DNA from: Lama guanicoe
Lineage: Eukaryota
Reading direction: 5' to 3'
Assembly (NCBI GenBank): GCA_013239625.1
Contig: MU054323.1
Coordinates: 8,483,220-8,547,219 of the forward strand
DNA: 64,000 nt
The notes under the pieces are model-generated. The model ran no database searches, was not told the DNA's origin, and saw nothing but the letters and a program-made list of their open reading frames with translations. Positions 1-11,023 of the stretch are shown in pieces; within the stretch, counting starts at the first letter, position 1, and each line of letters opens with the position of its first letter. Position numbers and translations under genes: made by a program.

Positions 1-131
1 GAGAAAATCCTGACCAGGAGGCTAGAAAAGCTCTTTGGTCCAGTATTTACTCTTTTGTTTCAATGTGCTATAAATACTTAGCTGAAAGAGGTCTGATTGT
101 TTCAGAACAACCAAAAAGTAATGCCCTACTC

Positions 132-423
132 ATTTTTTTTAAATTGAAGTACAGTCAGTTTCAGTATGTCAATTTCCAGTGTACAGCGCAATGTCCCACT
201 CACACATATACATACATATATTCATTTTCATATTGTTTTTCATTAAAGATTATTACAAGATATTGAATATAGTTCCCTGTGCTATACAGAAGAGATTGGT
301 TTTTTTTAATCTGTCTTTATATATAATGGCTAACATTTGCAAATCTCAAACTCCCACATTTATCCCTTCCCAACCTCTTTCCCCCAGTAACCATAAGACT
401 GTTTACTATGTCCATGAGTCTAT
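132..423 (-). mobile_element. 5'-truncated L1 3' end (artiodactyl/camelid-type) with target-site duplication
   Basis: PolyT followed by typical L1 3'UTR sequence (gattattacaagatattgaatatagttccctgtgctataca). Flanked by direct repeat TGCCCTACTC at 122-131 and 424-433. Confidence 0.8.
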
Positions 424-539
424 TGCCCTACTCTTGATGAAAGAGAACTGAAGAAGAAAAGGTGATTTGCAAGAATGAATTGTGGGTTATCTGAGTTTGG
501 AGATTCCTTACACACATCTAATTTAATCTCCACAGAAGT

Positions 540-790
540 TTCAACCACGCCCCTGACAGATCATCTGGCCCAGAACCCGGGACACTTAGTCCAGTGACAG
601 AGAAGAGCCTGAACCAGGCATACTATCCCATTCTTACTGCCTTAATTGTAACTAAATTCTGTCTCTCTGCAACTTGTGCCCATTTGCCCTAGTTCTTCCC
701 TCTGGAGGCACACAGAACAAAGAGCCGCCTCATTCATGTAAGGACTCTTCCCATATTGCACTTTACGGTAGGCTCCACCCTGCCCACCCC
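540..790 (-). mobile_element. Ancient CR1/L3-like fragment
   Basis: Segment 'tgcccatttgccctagttcttccctctggaggcacacagaacaa' resembles recalled L3 consensus. Confidence 0.45.
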
Positions 791-809
791 ACTCATGTTC
801 CCTCTAAGC

Positions 810-990
810 AAGTAGCTCTCCAACTCCAGCATGACATCAGAATTACCTGGAAGGCTTATTTAAATGCAGCTCACTGGGCCCCACCCCCAGAACTTCTGAC
901 TCAGTAAATCCGGTGTGGAGCCTAAGAATTTGCATTTTTATTAAGTTCTCAGGTGTGCTGAGAAGTAAACTTTGAGAACCACTGCTCTAA
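810..990. mobile_element. MER5-type hAT-Charlie DNA transposon
   Basis: Contains catcagaattacctggaaggctt...gggccccacccccaga...gaatttgcattttt...tttgagaaccactg, as in MER5A/B. Confidence 0.75.
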
Positions 991-1397
991 GCAAATATGT
1001 TGCTCCCATTCTGTCAGCTATCAGTCCATGGCATTGTTTTTGTGCCACTCATCCTCATCTTGAAATGTGGCACCAAGCCTCCAGAATGGAGGTTGTGATG
1101 CTTCTCATAAGGCAGTGGCTTCCTGGAGACGGCAAGGAACAGCTAGAGAGGCAGAGGGCCCTGGGGAAGTGAAGCCCTAAGCAATGACCGTCTTTGGAAA
1201 GTAAGTGCCTTCAGCTCCCAGGCTGTCCAGCAGCCGCTATGCACTGACTATTCCAGAAAGGTCTATCTTCCCCTGCCCCTTTCCACTGCTAGGCTGGGGT
1301 CCTCTTCTACTCTGTCTCTGCCTTGTTTGGCCTTTCTCTGCTCCCCGAAGTCCTGAGTCCATGGGATGGCCACTGGCCACAGTACTACCTATAAAAG

Positions 1398-1412
1398 CCT
1401 CCAGGTGGCGCC
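1398..1412 (+). promoter_or_regulatory. Candidate CTCF site
   Basis: CCTCCAGGTGGCGCC closely matches the CTCF core CCASYAGRKGGCRS. Confidence 0.5.
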
Positions 1413-1654
1413 TTAAGCTCATCAGTGTCTGCTTCTTTGGCTTAAGGTGCCAAGGCTGACTTAACCTAGGTGAACTGGTAAAGCCCAAGAAAGGCAGATC
1501 TATCCAGGTTACCATGGCCTCAATCCCAGCCTCCAGAGCAGCTCCAGATCAGCCCAAGCTTGAGTGTGAGTGAGGGGCCATGGTGGCCCTTCTGCTGCTA
1601 GGAGAATCCCTGGGGAAATTGTCCCTTTCAGGGCCAATCTCAAGGTTTAGGTTA

Positions 1655-1843
1655 AAATTGCCAGATTTAACAAATGAAAACACAGGATTCTCAGTTAAAT
1701 CTGAATTACAGATGACAATTTTTTTGTTTTTAGTGTAGATATGTCTCAAATAGTGTCTGTTACATATTTATATGAAAAAATTATTTGTTGTTTGTCCGAA
1801 ATTCAAATTCAGTTAAGTATCTTGTATGTATTTGGCAACTCTA
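1655..1843. mobile_element. MER53-like palindromic hAT MITE
   Basis: Ends TTGCCAGATTTA...ATTTGGCAACTCTA form terminal inverted repeats. Internal arms cagttaaatctgaatt / aattcaaattcagtt. About 190 bp. Confidence 0.75.
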
Positions 1844-2029
1844 GGTTTACTTACGTGAGTTTGCCACCTTCCCTTTAATATATGCTTATAGATTACCTGC
1901 CAGGCACATGTTAGATACTACAAAAATGAACAAGTGAAACTTCTGCATTTAGAGATTAGTTTGGGGGAAATACACATTAACAATTGTAGTAAAGAAAGCG
2001 CAGGAAGCATGGGATAATGGGAATCTGGA

Positions 2030-2230
2030 TTTTGGTATTGGCTTTAGGTTCAAACTCTGCTTCTGATGCTCATTAGCTCTGTAATCTCAGGCAAGTTAGT
2101 TAACCTCTTTGAGCCTCTGTTGTTTATTGTGAAAACGTGAATGATACCAACCTCAGGAAGTGACCAAGGTTACAGGGAATGGTATGTATTTCATGCCTGG
2201 CTATTGTAGCAGGTGAATAAATGCTAGTTT
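2030..2230 (+). mobile_element. MIR SINE
   Basis: MIR core: ggttcaaactctgcttctg...caggcaagttagttaacctctttgagcctc. Confidence 0.7.
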
Positions 2231-2349
2231 CCCCTTTATAAATATGAAATACCATGAGAGAGAGTCAAATAAAAGTGCCAGGGTAGCAAAGAGCTTTACC
2301 TGCTTTGGGAAGGTCTCTACAGAGAATGTACCATTTCACTTTTTAAATA

Positions 2350-2570
2350 AAAATAACAGCTGATACTGTTTATTGAATGCCCGCAACATAGCAAGCCCTG
2401 TCCTTAGCATCCATCTAACCCTTATGTTCAGTCTCTGCTGTTTTTACTATTATTTTCCCTACTTTACAGATAAAAAAAACTAAGTTAAATAGCTTGCCAT
2501 AGAGTTAGTGATGGATTTAGTATTTCAACTCAAGTCCCTGTAGCTCCCAAACCGTGCCCTAACCTCTGTC
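2350..2570 (-). mobile_element. MIR SINE
   Basis: Reverse MIR core: tttattgaatgc...actttacagataaaaaaaactaag...cttgcc. Confidence 0.55.
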
Positions 2571-4329
2571 TAACACTGCATTTTCGTGAATCGGCCCCTG
2601 ATGTATGAGGTGGCGATTGCTGCAGAGAGAAGAAATGTTTGTGCCCACGAAGAGCAGGAACAGCAGATGCAGGAGCAAAAGCTGGGGCAGGTGAAAGAGA
2701 AGCTTCCTGGGGCCCAAGGCCACCTCAGACTCATCCGAGTTAATCCAAGCCTTTATCAAGCACCTGATCATCGTAGGGGGTGGGGGGCGTTCTCCACAAA
2801 AAGCAAGGTAACATCCTGCAGTCTAAGCTGCTGGTCTAGAGTTGCTGTTCATTCCGGATACCGCAGGTCATTAATGTTCACAGGTGTAAGACCTTGGCAA
2901 ATTCTAAAATTGCATGTCTGCTCCTGTAATGTGACAGGGTACAACTGAGAGGGAAATCAAATGACCTCTTGACTAATGAGAGTTTGGTTATTACTGATAG
3001 TTATCCTTTGTCGGGTATTTATTTTGTATCAGGCACTGCTAGGCATTTTTCATACTTTATCTCACTTAACCATCACAACAACAAATGAGAAAAACCAAGG
3101 CCAAAGTCATACAAAAAAAGAAGTATTGGACCCAAGGCTTGTGCAGCTCCAACTGGGGGAAGGGTTAGATCCACTCTTCGATTAGGTCATCTGCTTCAAG
3201 TCTTGTGATTAAAATTCATTCCTCAGTAAAATGACATATGGCTTCCTTGAGTCCCCTGTAAATTTTAAAACCAGGTCAAGGATTCCCTATACGTGGGAAT
3301 CAGTCCTATTTGAGTGCCTCGATCTACTTTTAGCTAGTTTCGAATGAATAATGAACACTGTTGGTAACAGTTACCAGCACCGCAGTTCCTCCTTGCCTCC
3401 ACCTCACAACCAGGATGGCCCTGCAATAGCCAACCTAAAATTTAGCCCCCATCAGTCAGAGTTAACCCACTCTCTTAGACTCCCTCCATCACTTAGCTTC
3501 CCCAGTCACCCTGGGCAATGCACCAAAGGTCAGGTTGTTTTTAACTTCCTTGGCTGTTTTTAGTCCCATGTAAGGTGCTAAGAACATGAAGGTAAATAAG
3601 AGATGGTCTGAGAGTGAGGACTTCTGGTGGGGAGAGATGTGGACAAGCATCATAACACAAGATGATGGGGAACCAGGACAAAGAACGTACCTGATACCAA
3701 AGAGAATATGTCAGCTGCCAAGGGGAGGTCCCTGACAGTGTCACAGAGGAGGTGACACTAAAGCTTGTCTTAAAGAGTGAATAGGAATTTCCCTAATAAA
3801 GGGAAGGTGGACTCCCAGCTGGGAGAACCCTGAAACACTGGCTCAGCTATGAAACAGAACTGCTTGCTTGGCCAACTGCAAGTGCTTGCTCTTTGTGGCT
3901 GACATATATATGGTGAGAGGTAATGAGACTAGGGGGCATAAAAGGGTTGAAAGAAGAAGTGGAAAGTCTGGTAGGGGCCAGACTATAACAGAGATTGTCC
4001 ACCATGTGAAGGAGCCTGAACTTTAATCCTTCAAGCCAGTGTTTCTCTAACTTCCCCCTAAAGTACCCCCAAAACGCAATATGGATAGTTCAGGCATGGA
4101 GGTGTCTTGAGATCAAACCCTCTTAAACATCTTGTCTTTAAAATTATGTGAAGCTTGCATTCAGTTTCGTCATATGTCTGTTTTTTAAAAAAATATTTTT
4201 AGGTTTTCCTGAATCTCTAAATAAAATTTTAACTTGAGGAAGATATAACTATTATATACCCCCTCACTCTGTTCCTTTAAATGAATCCCCCATGCCCAGA
4301 AGTTGCTTCTGCCAGTTTGAGAAGGGCAA

Positions 4330-4830
4330 TCATTGGGATTTAAGCAGAGGAGTTATGTTGATAGATTATCTTCTAGAAAGAGCCTTGTAGCAATGGTGTT
4401 GAGGATGGGTCAGAGGTAGGAGAGGCTGGAAGCAGAGAGACTACGTGTGGGCTCTGCAATAACCCAGGCAAAGGATGGTAAAGGTGATAGACATAAAGAA
4501 GGCAAACAGATCTGAGAGATACTTAAAGTGAAATTGATAGTGCTAATTGTTCTGCTAGAGAGAGTTGGGGAGAAGAGGTGGGTTAGGATCACTTTCAGGT
4601 TTTTCTTGGATAGTTATTTCATTAACAGCAATACGGGATATAGGAAGGTTAGGTTTTGAAGGAGAATGGTAAATAAGTTTAATTTAAGTCCATTGAGTTT
4701 GAGGTACCTGTAGGAAATAGGGTGGAAATATCCAGAGGGCAATTACATACACAGGACTGACAGCTGGAAGAACTGATTAGGCCGGAGATACAGAGTCAGA
4801 AGTCACAGGAATAGCTGATTATACACATAT
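4330..4830 (-). mobile_element. L2 LINE fragment
   Basis: Purine-rich L2-like sequence: ggatttaagcagagg...gcaataacccaggcaaaggatgg...ttgagtttgaggtacctg. Confidence 0.6.
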
Positions 4831-4939
4831 AGAGAGTATGCATAGAGGGAGGAGAGAGGGAAATGAGATGGGAATCCTGGGGATGTTTAAGGGCAGACTT
4901 AGGGAGCAAGGGAGAATTTTTAAAAGGCATGTCACAAAG

Positions 4940-5200
4940 TCAGGAGGAGCCATGGCTCCTGGTGAATGGCCAATTTCAGGGCTGAGGCAGGGAACATACA
5001 AGATGAGCTTGGAACATCTTGTGCTCAAAGCAAGGAAATGTTTAAAGAATGACAAGGACAAATCCAAAGGACACAGGAGCCAATCTGAAGTTTCTTCCAC
5101 TGGCCAAATCTGTGACAAATTGGGCATCCAAACAAATAATAAGAAGAAAGGATTATAACCCATCGGGGGAAAAAAATCCACGTCAACACGGTTGTAAATA
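4940..5200 (+). mobile_element. L1MC-type 3'UTR fragment
   Basis: gggctgaggcagggaacatacaagatgagcttggaacatctt...ccactggccaaatctg. A related copy lies at 30780-31050. Confidence 0.65.
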
Positions 5201-5599
5201 AATGGGAGTGGCTCCAAGCCCTACACCAGGAACTGGCAATGTGTGCCCATTAGATTTCAGAATCGCTATGAACTAGTAACTTCTGTGTGAGCCTTCTGTT
5301 TTTCTTCTTTTTGAAATAATGTCCGTAGCAATTATCCCATGCCTGTGCCACTAGGGTATGCCGAGTGTGTATATGGCAAAAGATGTGTCTTTTTACCTCA
5401 CAGGTCTTCATAGCAAGAGGACTGGTACTCAAGGAATTACATCTAAGGAACTGGGGCTGAAGAGCCATACCCACGCTGGGACATGAGTTAAACGACGAGA
5501 TCCTGGACTCCAAGGTGCTGCTGTCACAGAACGAAACTTGGGGGTTCTTGAGGGTGGGGATGAGTGTATTTTGCATTGAGTGGGATCTGAATTGTTGTC

Positions 5600-6105
5600 A
5601 TTAGACAGTCAAGAGTGGCAGATTGCATTTTTCAAAGATGATTCAACAATATGTCCCATCCACATGCTCTTATTATGTGACTTGGACATTGCTCCCATTA
5701 AGAGGTGGGGTCTATTTTCCCTTCCTTTGATATTAGGTAGACTTTCGTGATTTTTTTTTCAACCAATAGGATATGGCAGAAGTGATGTCTGAAGCTAGGT
5801 TATAAAAAGGGAAGCAGTTTTTCTCTTTACTCACTATTATACTTATCCTTGAAACCTTCATATACCATATAAGTAGTCCATCTGCCCTGAAGCCATCATG
5901 TCATGAGAAAGCAAACTTTGAGATGACATGAGGAGAGAGGGCTGTCTAGGCTGCCCCTGTAACCACATAAGAAACCTGAGCCAGAACCACGCAGCTGAGC
6001 TCTTCCTGAATTCCCACCCCTCAGAAACGGAGATAATGAAATGGTTGTTTTTTAAACCACAAAGCTGGAGTAATTGGTTTTGCAGCAACACGTAACTGAC
6101 ACACA
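5600..6105 (+). mobile_element. MLT1-type (ERVL-MaLR) solo LTR
   Basis: 3' end 'gaaatggttgttttttaaaccacaaag...tggttttgcagcaacacgtaactgacaca' is typical of MLT1. Confidence 0.65.
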
Positions 6106-8086
6106 GTAAAATGTTACCAGGTGAGAACCTGAGTGAAGGTTATGCAGAAACTCTTTGTAGAATGGTCCTTTATCCCACATATGATGAATGTGTAGGGCTA
6201 CAAGGATCATAGTCTCTTCTCAGGTTGACTCAGGGCCATCTACACCACCCAAGTCCACACCTACAATCATGGAGATAAACTGGAAATTCAGAATGGAAAA
6301 GCAAAATAAATTGAGTCTGAAAATTTCCCCTCATCTTTGTGACACCCAGACACGCTATAGATACATTTAGGAACAGCTTCAGTTCTCCAACTCTGTGGCT
6401 TAGGAAAAGGTATAGCCTGCACTTGGTTTGTTCTGGGAATTATCCTCTACAAGAAACCCTCTCCTTTCTGAGAATTGCCTTGAATGGGAGGAGACCGTCT
6501 TGACTCAGCATATGCTGTGCCCCTTTCTTTTCTTACTCACTATGTGTGTAATCAGCTGCCATCTCCTTCTCCCCTGAGAAAATGGGCTCAGTCAGAGTGC
6601 TTTGACACCCATAGTCCTGGGGTGGAATCTTTGGGTGCTCAAAGGGAGACTCGGAAAAGAATGCCAGCCTATGAATTCTTACTTCTGAGTCATTTGAAGA
6701 GAATGCAGCATCTCTGGCATGTCAACAAGCCCAGCAGAATCCAATGATGGTCACCAAGAGGGCTCTATCCGAGCTGCGTTAGGAGGTGGTAGGATGGGAC
6801 GGCATGAAGAGCTTGCACTGATTAAGGAGGGTGACAGGAGTCATGGAGGAGGTCAGTACCTTGTGAGGAAGTTTATTTAGTGGAAACATTTGGGATAGTG
6901 TAGAAAGGAGACTAGCTAGAGACGAGGAGTCAGGAAACAGAATGCCAGAGTCTCAAAATTAATAGATGACTGGAGTTTGGGCATTAAGATCGAGAGCTAA
7001 GGGAGTGAGAGAGGTATAACAGTAGCAGTAGTACTTAAAGATATAATATGTGTAAAGATCATAAGGAAAATGTTAGTGGAGACTCTGAGGTATTAGGTCA
7101 GAGAACGTGAGGAAGAACAACAGTAAAAAAATGTTTTTAACCTTTTGATTCCTTTCACTCATTTCTTGGGGTCAAAGAAAATCTTTGGAGAATCTTTGAA
7201 GAAAATCTTTCAGTTGATCCAATTACATAAACACTTACTGGAACTCTGCCTACTATGTGTCATATCCAGTGCTAGATGCTGAGGGAGCAGATGAATAAGA
7301 CGGTATTCCTGCCCACAAGGGGCATGTAGTCTGATTGAGGAGACACATGTGAATCAAGAACAATACCGTCAGATGTGTGTAATTAAAGAAGGTATGTACA
7401 AGATGGGTACAGAGGTAACCTTAAGCTATCCATGGTAGTCAGGGCTGAGGGAGGGAGACCCAGAAATAATTTGTACAAAGAGAACGAAGCTGATGGAATC
7501 ACAGTGGGGTGAGCATAGTGGAACCCTGGGCAGAGCACTGGAGGACAGGGACAGTAGGTGTGGACAAGAAGAGGGATCTAGGAGAACTGGGGAGATCTGT
7601 GAAAGCAGACTTGGAATCAGGAATTCGCGAACATCAATAACCACATCAAGGAGGGAGCTAGTTATGAGGGGGGAGAATTTAAACTGGCTAAGTGGGCAAG
7701 ATGAAGAAACAGGAATTGATTATAAATGCATTAGGAGGGAAAATAAGGTGGATAAAAACTTGTGATATGTGTATAGACGATTTTGTAGCTCGATTTAGGG
7801 GTAAAGGTATAGACTTTCTGGTAGGAGACAAAAAGGAATGTTTAACACAGGTAGAGAAAAATTGAATTTGGGGATTAGAGTAATAGGCTGCCATTGAAAG
7901 CCATAAACCAAGAGAGGAGAGAAAACCCAGCCTTAGCTCTCTCGTGCTGCTGAAAGGAAAGAAATACTCTCTTTCTCCTTTGCAGTAGCGGTGAGACAGA
8001 TAAGAACCCGTCATCTGGCTACTATTGAATCAAGTGTAAATGGTTGTTCCTTATGTGATCAGTTAGGGAGGAGGAAATGTTACCCT

Positions 8087-8305
8087 GTTGCTAAGGGAAA
8101 AGGAAGGGGCTGTTCCCAGTTGCCATGGTGACAAGGTAAGAGCGTTCCCTCGGTACCGCCGTAAATTTATGAGGCTGTCTCGTCTCCTCGTTGCTATGGC
8201 AACTTAGAGGGACTGTTCTCGTCGCCTCCCACCTCCCGCCGCCGTTGCTAAGACAAGGTGGAGGTAGAGGCTGTCCTTCCCTCGCCGCCCAGTTGCCTTG
8301 GAGAC
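8087..8305. promoter_or_regulatory. Cluster of five RFX X-box-like motifs in the MAPRE3 promoter
   Basis: GTTGCTAAGGGAAA (8087), GTTGCCATGGTGAC (8119), GTTGCTATGGCAAC (8190), GTTGCTAAGACAAG (8244), GTTGCCTTGGAGAC (8292). Consensus is GTTGCCATGGCAAC. Confidence 0.7.
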
Positions 8306-8960
8306 GGCGGGTGCCCTGGCCCCGCCCCGCTCGGACTGACAGCGGTGGCCGCATCGCGCCTGCGCAGTGCTCTCTTCCCCCGCAGTCTCTGTGCGTTGAA
8401 GCCGGAGACCGCGGCGGCCTCTGCTAGGACCCTCCGCCCCGGAGCCGCCGGCCGGAGCCGCAGCCTCAGCCGCAGCGCCCCCGCCGCCTGTCCCCTCCCC
8501 TGCCGCCTCCGCCGGAGCCACCTCGCGCACTGTGAGTCCGGGCCGAGGCGACCGACGCCGTGGGGCTGAGTCAGCGGGAGGCCCGGGCCCGGGCTGGGGG
8601 AGGGGAACCGGGCTGCCCCCCTCGCCTCCAGCTCTCACGGGCTCCCTGCGGCCTCAGCCGTCAGGCCTCCCCGAGCCACTCCCCCTCCCCTTCTCTCCCT
8701 CCAGACCCACCTTGGGGGTCCTTCCCCACTAGATGCGGCGCTACCGCACCTCCACCCTAGACAGATTTTCCCCTCGAAACTGCCTCCGTTCGCCCTTGTC
8801 CCTTCTCCTTACTCCTCTTGGGCCTGACATCTTCGGCCTCTCCAGTGATATGCCAGAAAAAGAGTGGCAAGGGAAGAGAGCGAGGGGAGACTTGGGGGAG
8901 GGGGGACGTTCTGCCTGCTCAGACCCTGGGGCCTCAGGTTTCCGACCCGCACGCTCCTGC
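8140..8960 (+). promoter_or_regulatory. MAPRE3: CpG-island promoter of MAPRE3 with GC box and NRF1 motif
   Basis: Dense CpG and high GC. GGCCCCGCCCC at 8318-8328 and CGCGCCTGCGCA at 8355-8366. Confidence 0.85.
8382..8531 (+). other. MAPRE3: MAPRE3 non-coding exon 1 (5'UTR); TSS approximate
   Basis: Sequence gcagtctctgtgcgttgaagccggagaccgcggcggcc...gcact matches the recalled human MAPRE3 5'UTR. Followed by donor GTGAGT at 8532. Confidence 0.8.
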
Positions 8961-10644
8961 CCTGGCTGGTGTAGGGAAGCAGGTCTGGACAGTTCTAACT
9001 GGCAGCTTAGAGCTTGTGGGGCTTTCCGAATAGATTCGCTGGGAAGCATTCAGCCTCATCATGATCAGCTACTGTTTAGTGAACACCCGCTAGTGCACGG
9101 TGGCCTTGTAGTGGGCTGAGCTCCTGCCGTGGAGGGTGCTGTGGAGAGGGACTAGAGGCAGTGGAGGGAAGAGGGGGAAGGTTGCGTGTGGGAGCCGAAG
9201 TTCCTGCGCTTCCGGTGTGTTGTTGTGAATAAGCATCTTGCAGTACTCTTTAAAATGCTCTCCCCACCCCCTTCGCAGTACAATCCTGGTATAATGTGAG
9301 GTTTGGAAACAGGCCTGATATCCATAGCAAGTGCTTACTGTTTGTATGTTGAGGGGTTGTGGCAGGACTTGACCTCTGATACCTGTAAATTCCATGTGGT
9401 AACCAATTGGGTAATAGTTTTAAGGTAGCATGTGCAGAGCAGAGAAAAACTGAGATTTCTCTATGATGTGGGTCTGAGGCTTGTACCCCTGCCTCCTGCA
9501 GCTGAGTCTTTGTGGGAACTGTCACCTGATAAGGGTTCTAGCATATTTGAACAACTTCCTAGATTACGTTTGCTACCCATCCACCTGCCCATCTTGCATT
9601 GCCTGGAATAGAGGAGGTCCCCAAACTATTGTCTTTTTCTAGAAGAAATGGAGCTGAAGTCAGAGTTGGTGCCCCCAGCCAGAAGCTGTCTCTTAAACAT
9701 GCCTCAACTCGAGGGCTCCTAACTACTGTGTGTGTACCTCGTTGCCAACTTCCTTTGATACTTTTTTTTTTTGACTTCCAGATTTCAGTGTACAATTAGA
9801 AAATATGCATAAATATCAGCCAGTTAAACTGTAGAAGAGGCTTTGGCTTTTTTACTTCAGGCTGCAAAAGGAGTAGATGGTTTGGTTCTGGCTTGCAAAC
9901 AGTGAGAAATAACGATTTTGCTCCTTGACTTTGCTCAATCATGGCCTATTGGCAGCCTCTTCAGAGCCACTCCCCACCCCCATGCCCATCAGATTAGTTT
10001 ACAGTAGCAAAGACGGCTGTCGCCCTAGTTTTAAACATAGAGATGAAGTTCAGGAAAACTACAGCCCCCATGCAGCAGTGCAGTTTCTTCTGTTTCGAAT
10101 GCCAGTCTGGGGTTTGGCGGGATGCACCTGCCTGTGGGGCGATGGGAACTGTGGGGCTTGGGAGTTACATTCCTTCTGTGTGGTCCTCTCTGTGTCGCAT
10201 AGCTCACCGAAATACCCGAGCAGGGCAGGAGCAGACAGCTGTGCTGGAGAGCTGCTCCTCCTGGGTTGAGTGTATTTTGGGAATCAGCGATATTACTGGG
10301 GTGGAGGGTTGTGAATTAAGAAGCAAGAAAACGTGTCAAGGCTAGATAGATCAGGAGGGTGTGAGTAAAATGTTCCCTTTCCAGTTTGCTGTGGGATAGG
10401 ACATTTTCAGAGCATCACAGTGGTTTTTATATGGATTAATTTGCCTTTGAAATCCATACCAGTATTTTATGAGATAATGATGGAATGCCTTTTAAACTGC
10501 TGCTATTGAGAAACAGGACTAATACCTGTGTTGTATACATTGCCTATCCAGTAGTTACTGAGTGTAATTGTTAAATCAGGGAGAGGGACATGATTTGAAC
10601 CAAATTAAACCTAAATCTATGCAATCTATGTTGTAGTTTTGTAG

Positions 10645-10845
10645 CACTATATTTCCTTGATTCTAAGACACACAAGCAACTTACCAGCAGCTTTTAGATA
10701 AAATCATTTAACACTACCAGATCAAAAAAAATATATATATATATATGTTGACTCTGAAGTGCATCCTAATTTCAGGAACAGTGCATCCTAATAGCCAGGA
10801 AGTGGCAAGACTTGGAGGAGGGATTTGTGTGTCTTAGAACTGAGA
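10645..10845. mobile_element. Tigger/mariner-like DNA transposon remnant with inverted ends
   Basis: TTCTAAGACACACAA at 10661-10675 and its exact reverse complement TTGTGTGTCTTAGAA at 10825-10839. Confidence 0.5.
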
Positions 10846-10853
10846 ATGGTATA

Positions 10854-11023
10854 TTTTTTTTTGAAGTGTAGTTGATTTACAATGTTGTGTTAGTTTCTGG
10901 TGTATAGCATATTGATTCAGTTATACATATATATATATATTCTTTTTCATATTCTTTATCATTATAGGTTATTACAAGATATTGAATATATTTCCCTGTT
11001 ACACAGTAGGACCTTGCTGTTTA
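10854..11023 (-). mobile_element. L1 3' end (artiodactyl-type)
   Basis: PolyT followed by gaagtgtagttgatttacaatgttgtgttagtttctggtgtatagc. Imperfect flanking repeat tgagaatggtatattt / tgagaacgatattt. Confidence 0.8.

Noticed and set aside
2586..2948. 120-aa ORF (GTG start) with an E/Q-rich stretch and a few CpGs
   Set aside because: No recognisable homology, no convincing flanking splice sites or polyA/TSD. Likely a chance ORF, though BLASTx would settle it.
8191..9119. Multiple overlapping ORFs on both strands of the CpG island
   Set aside because: Expected from stop-codon scarcity in GC-rich DNA. The exon-1 frame matching EB3 has a stop at 8425-8427 and no ATG after it.
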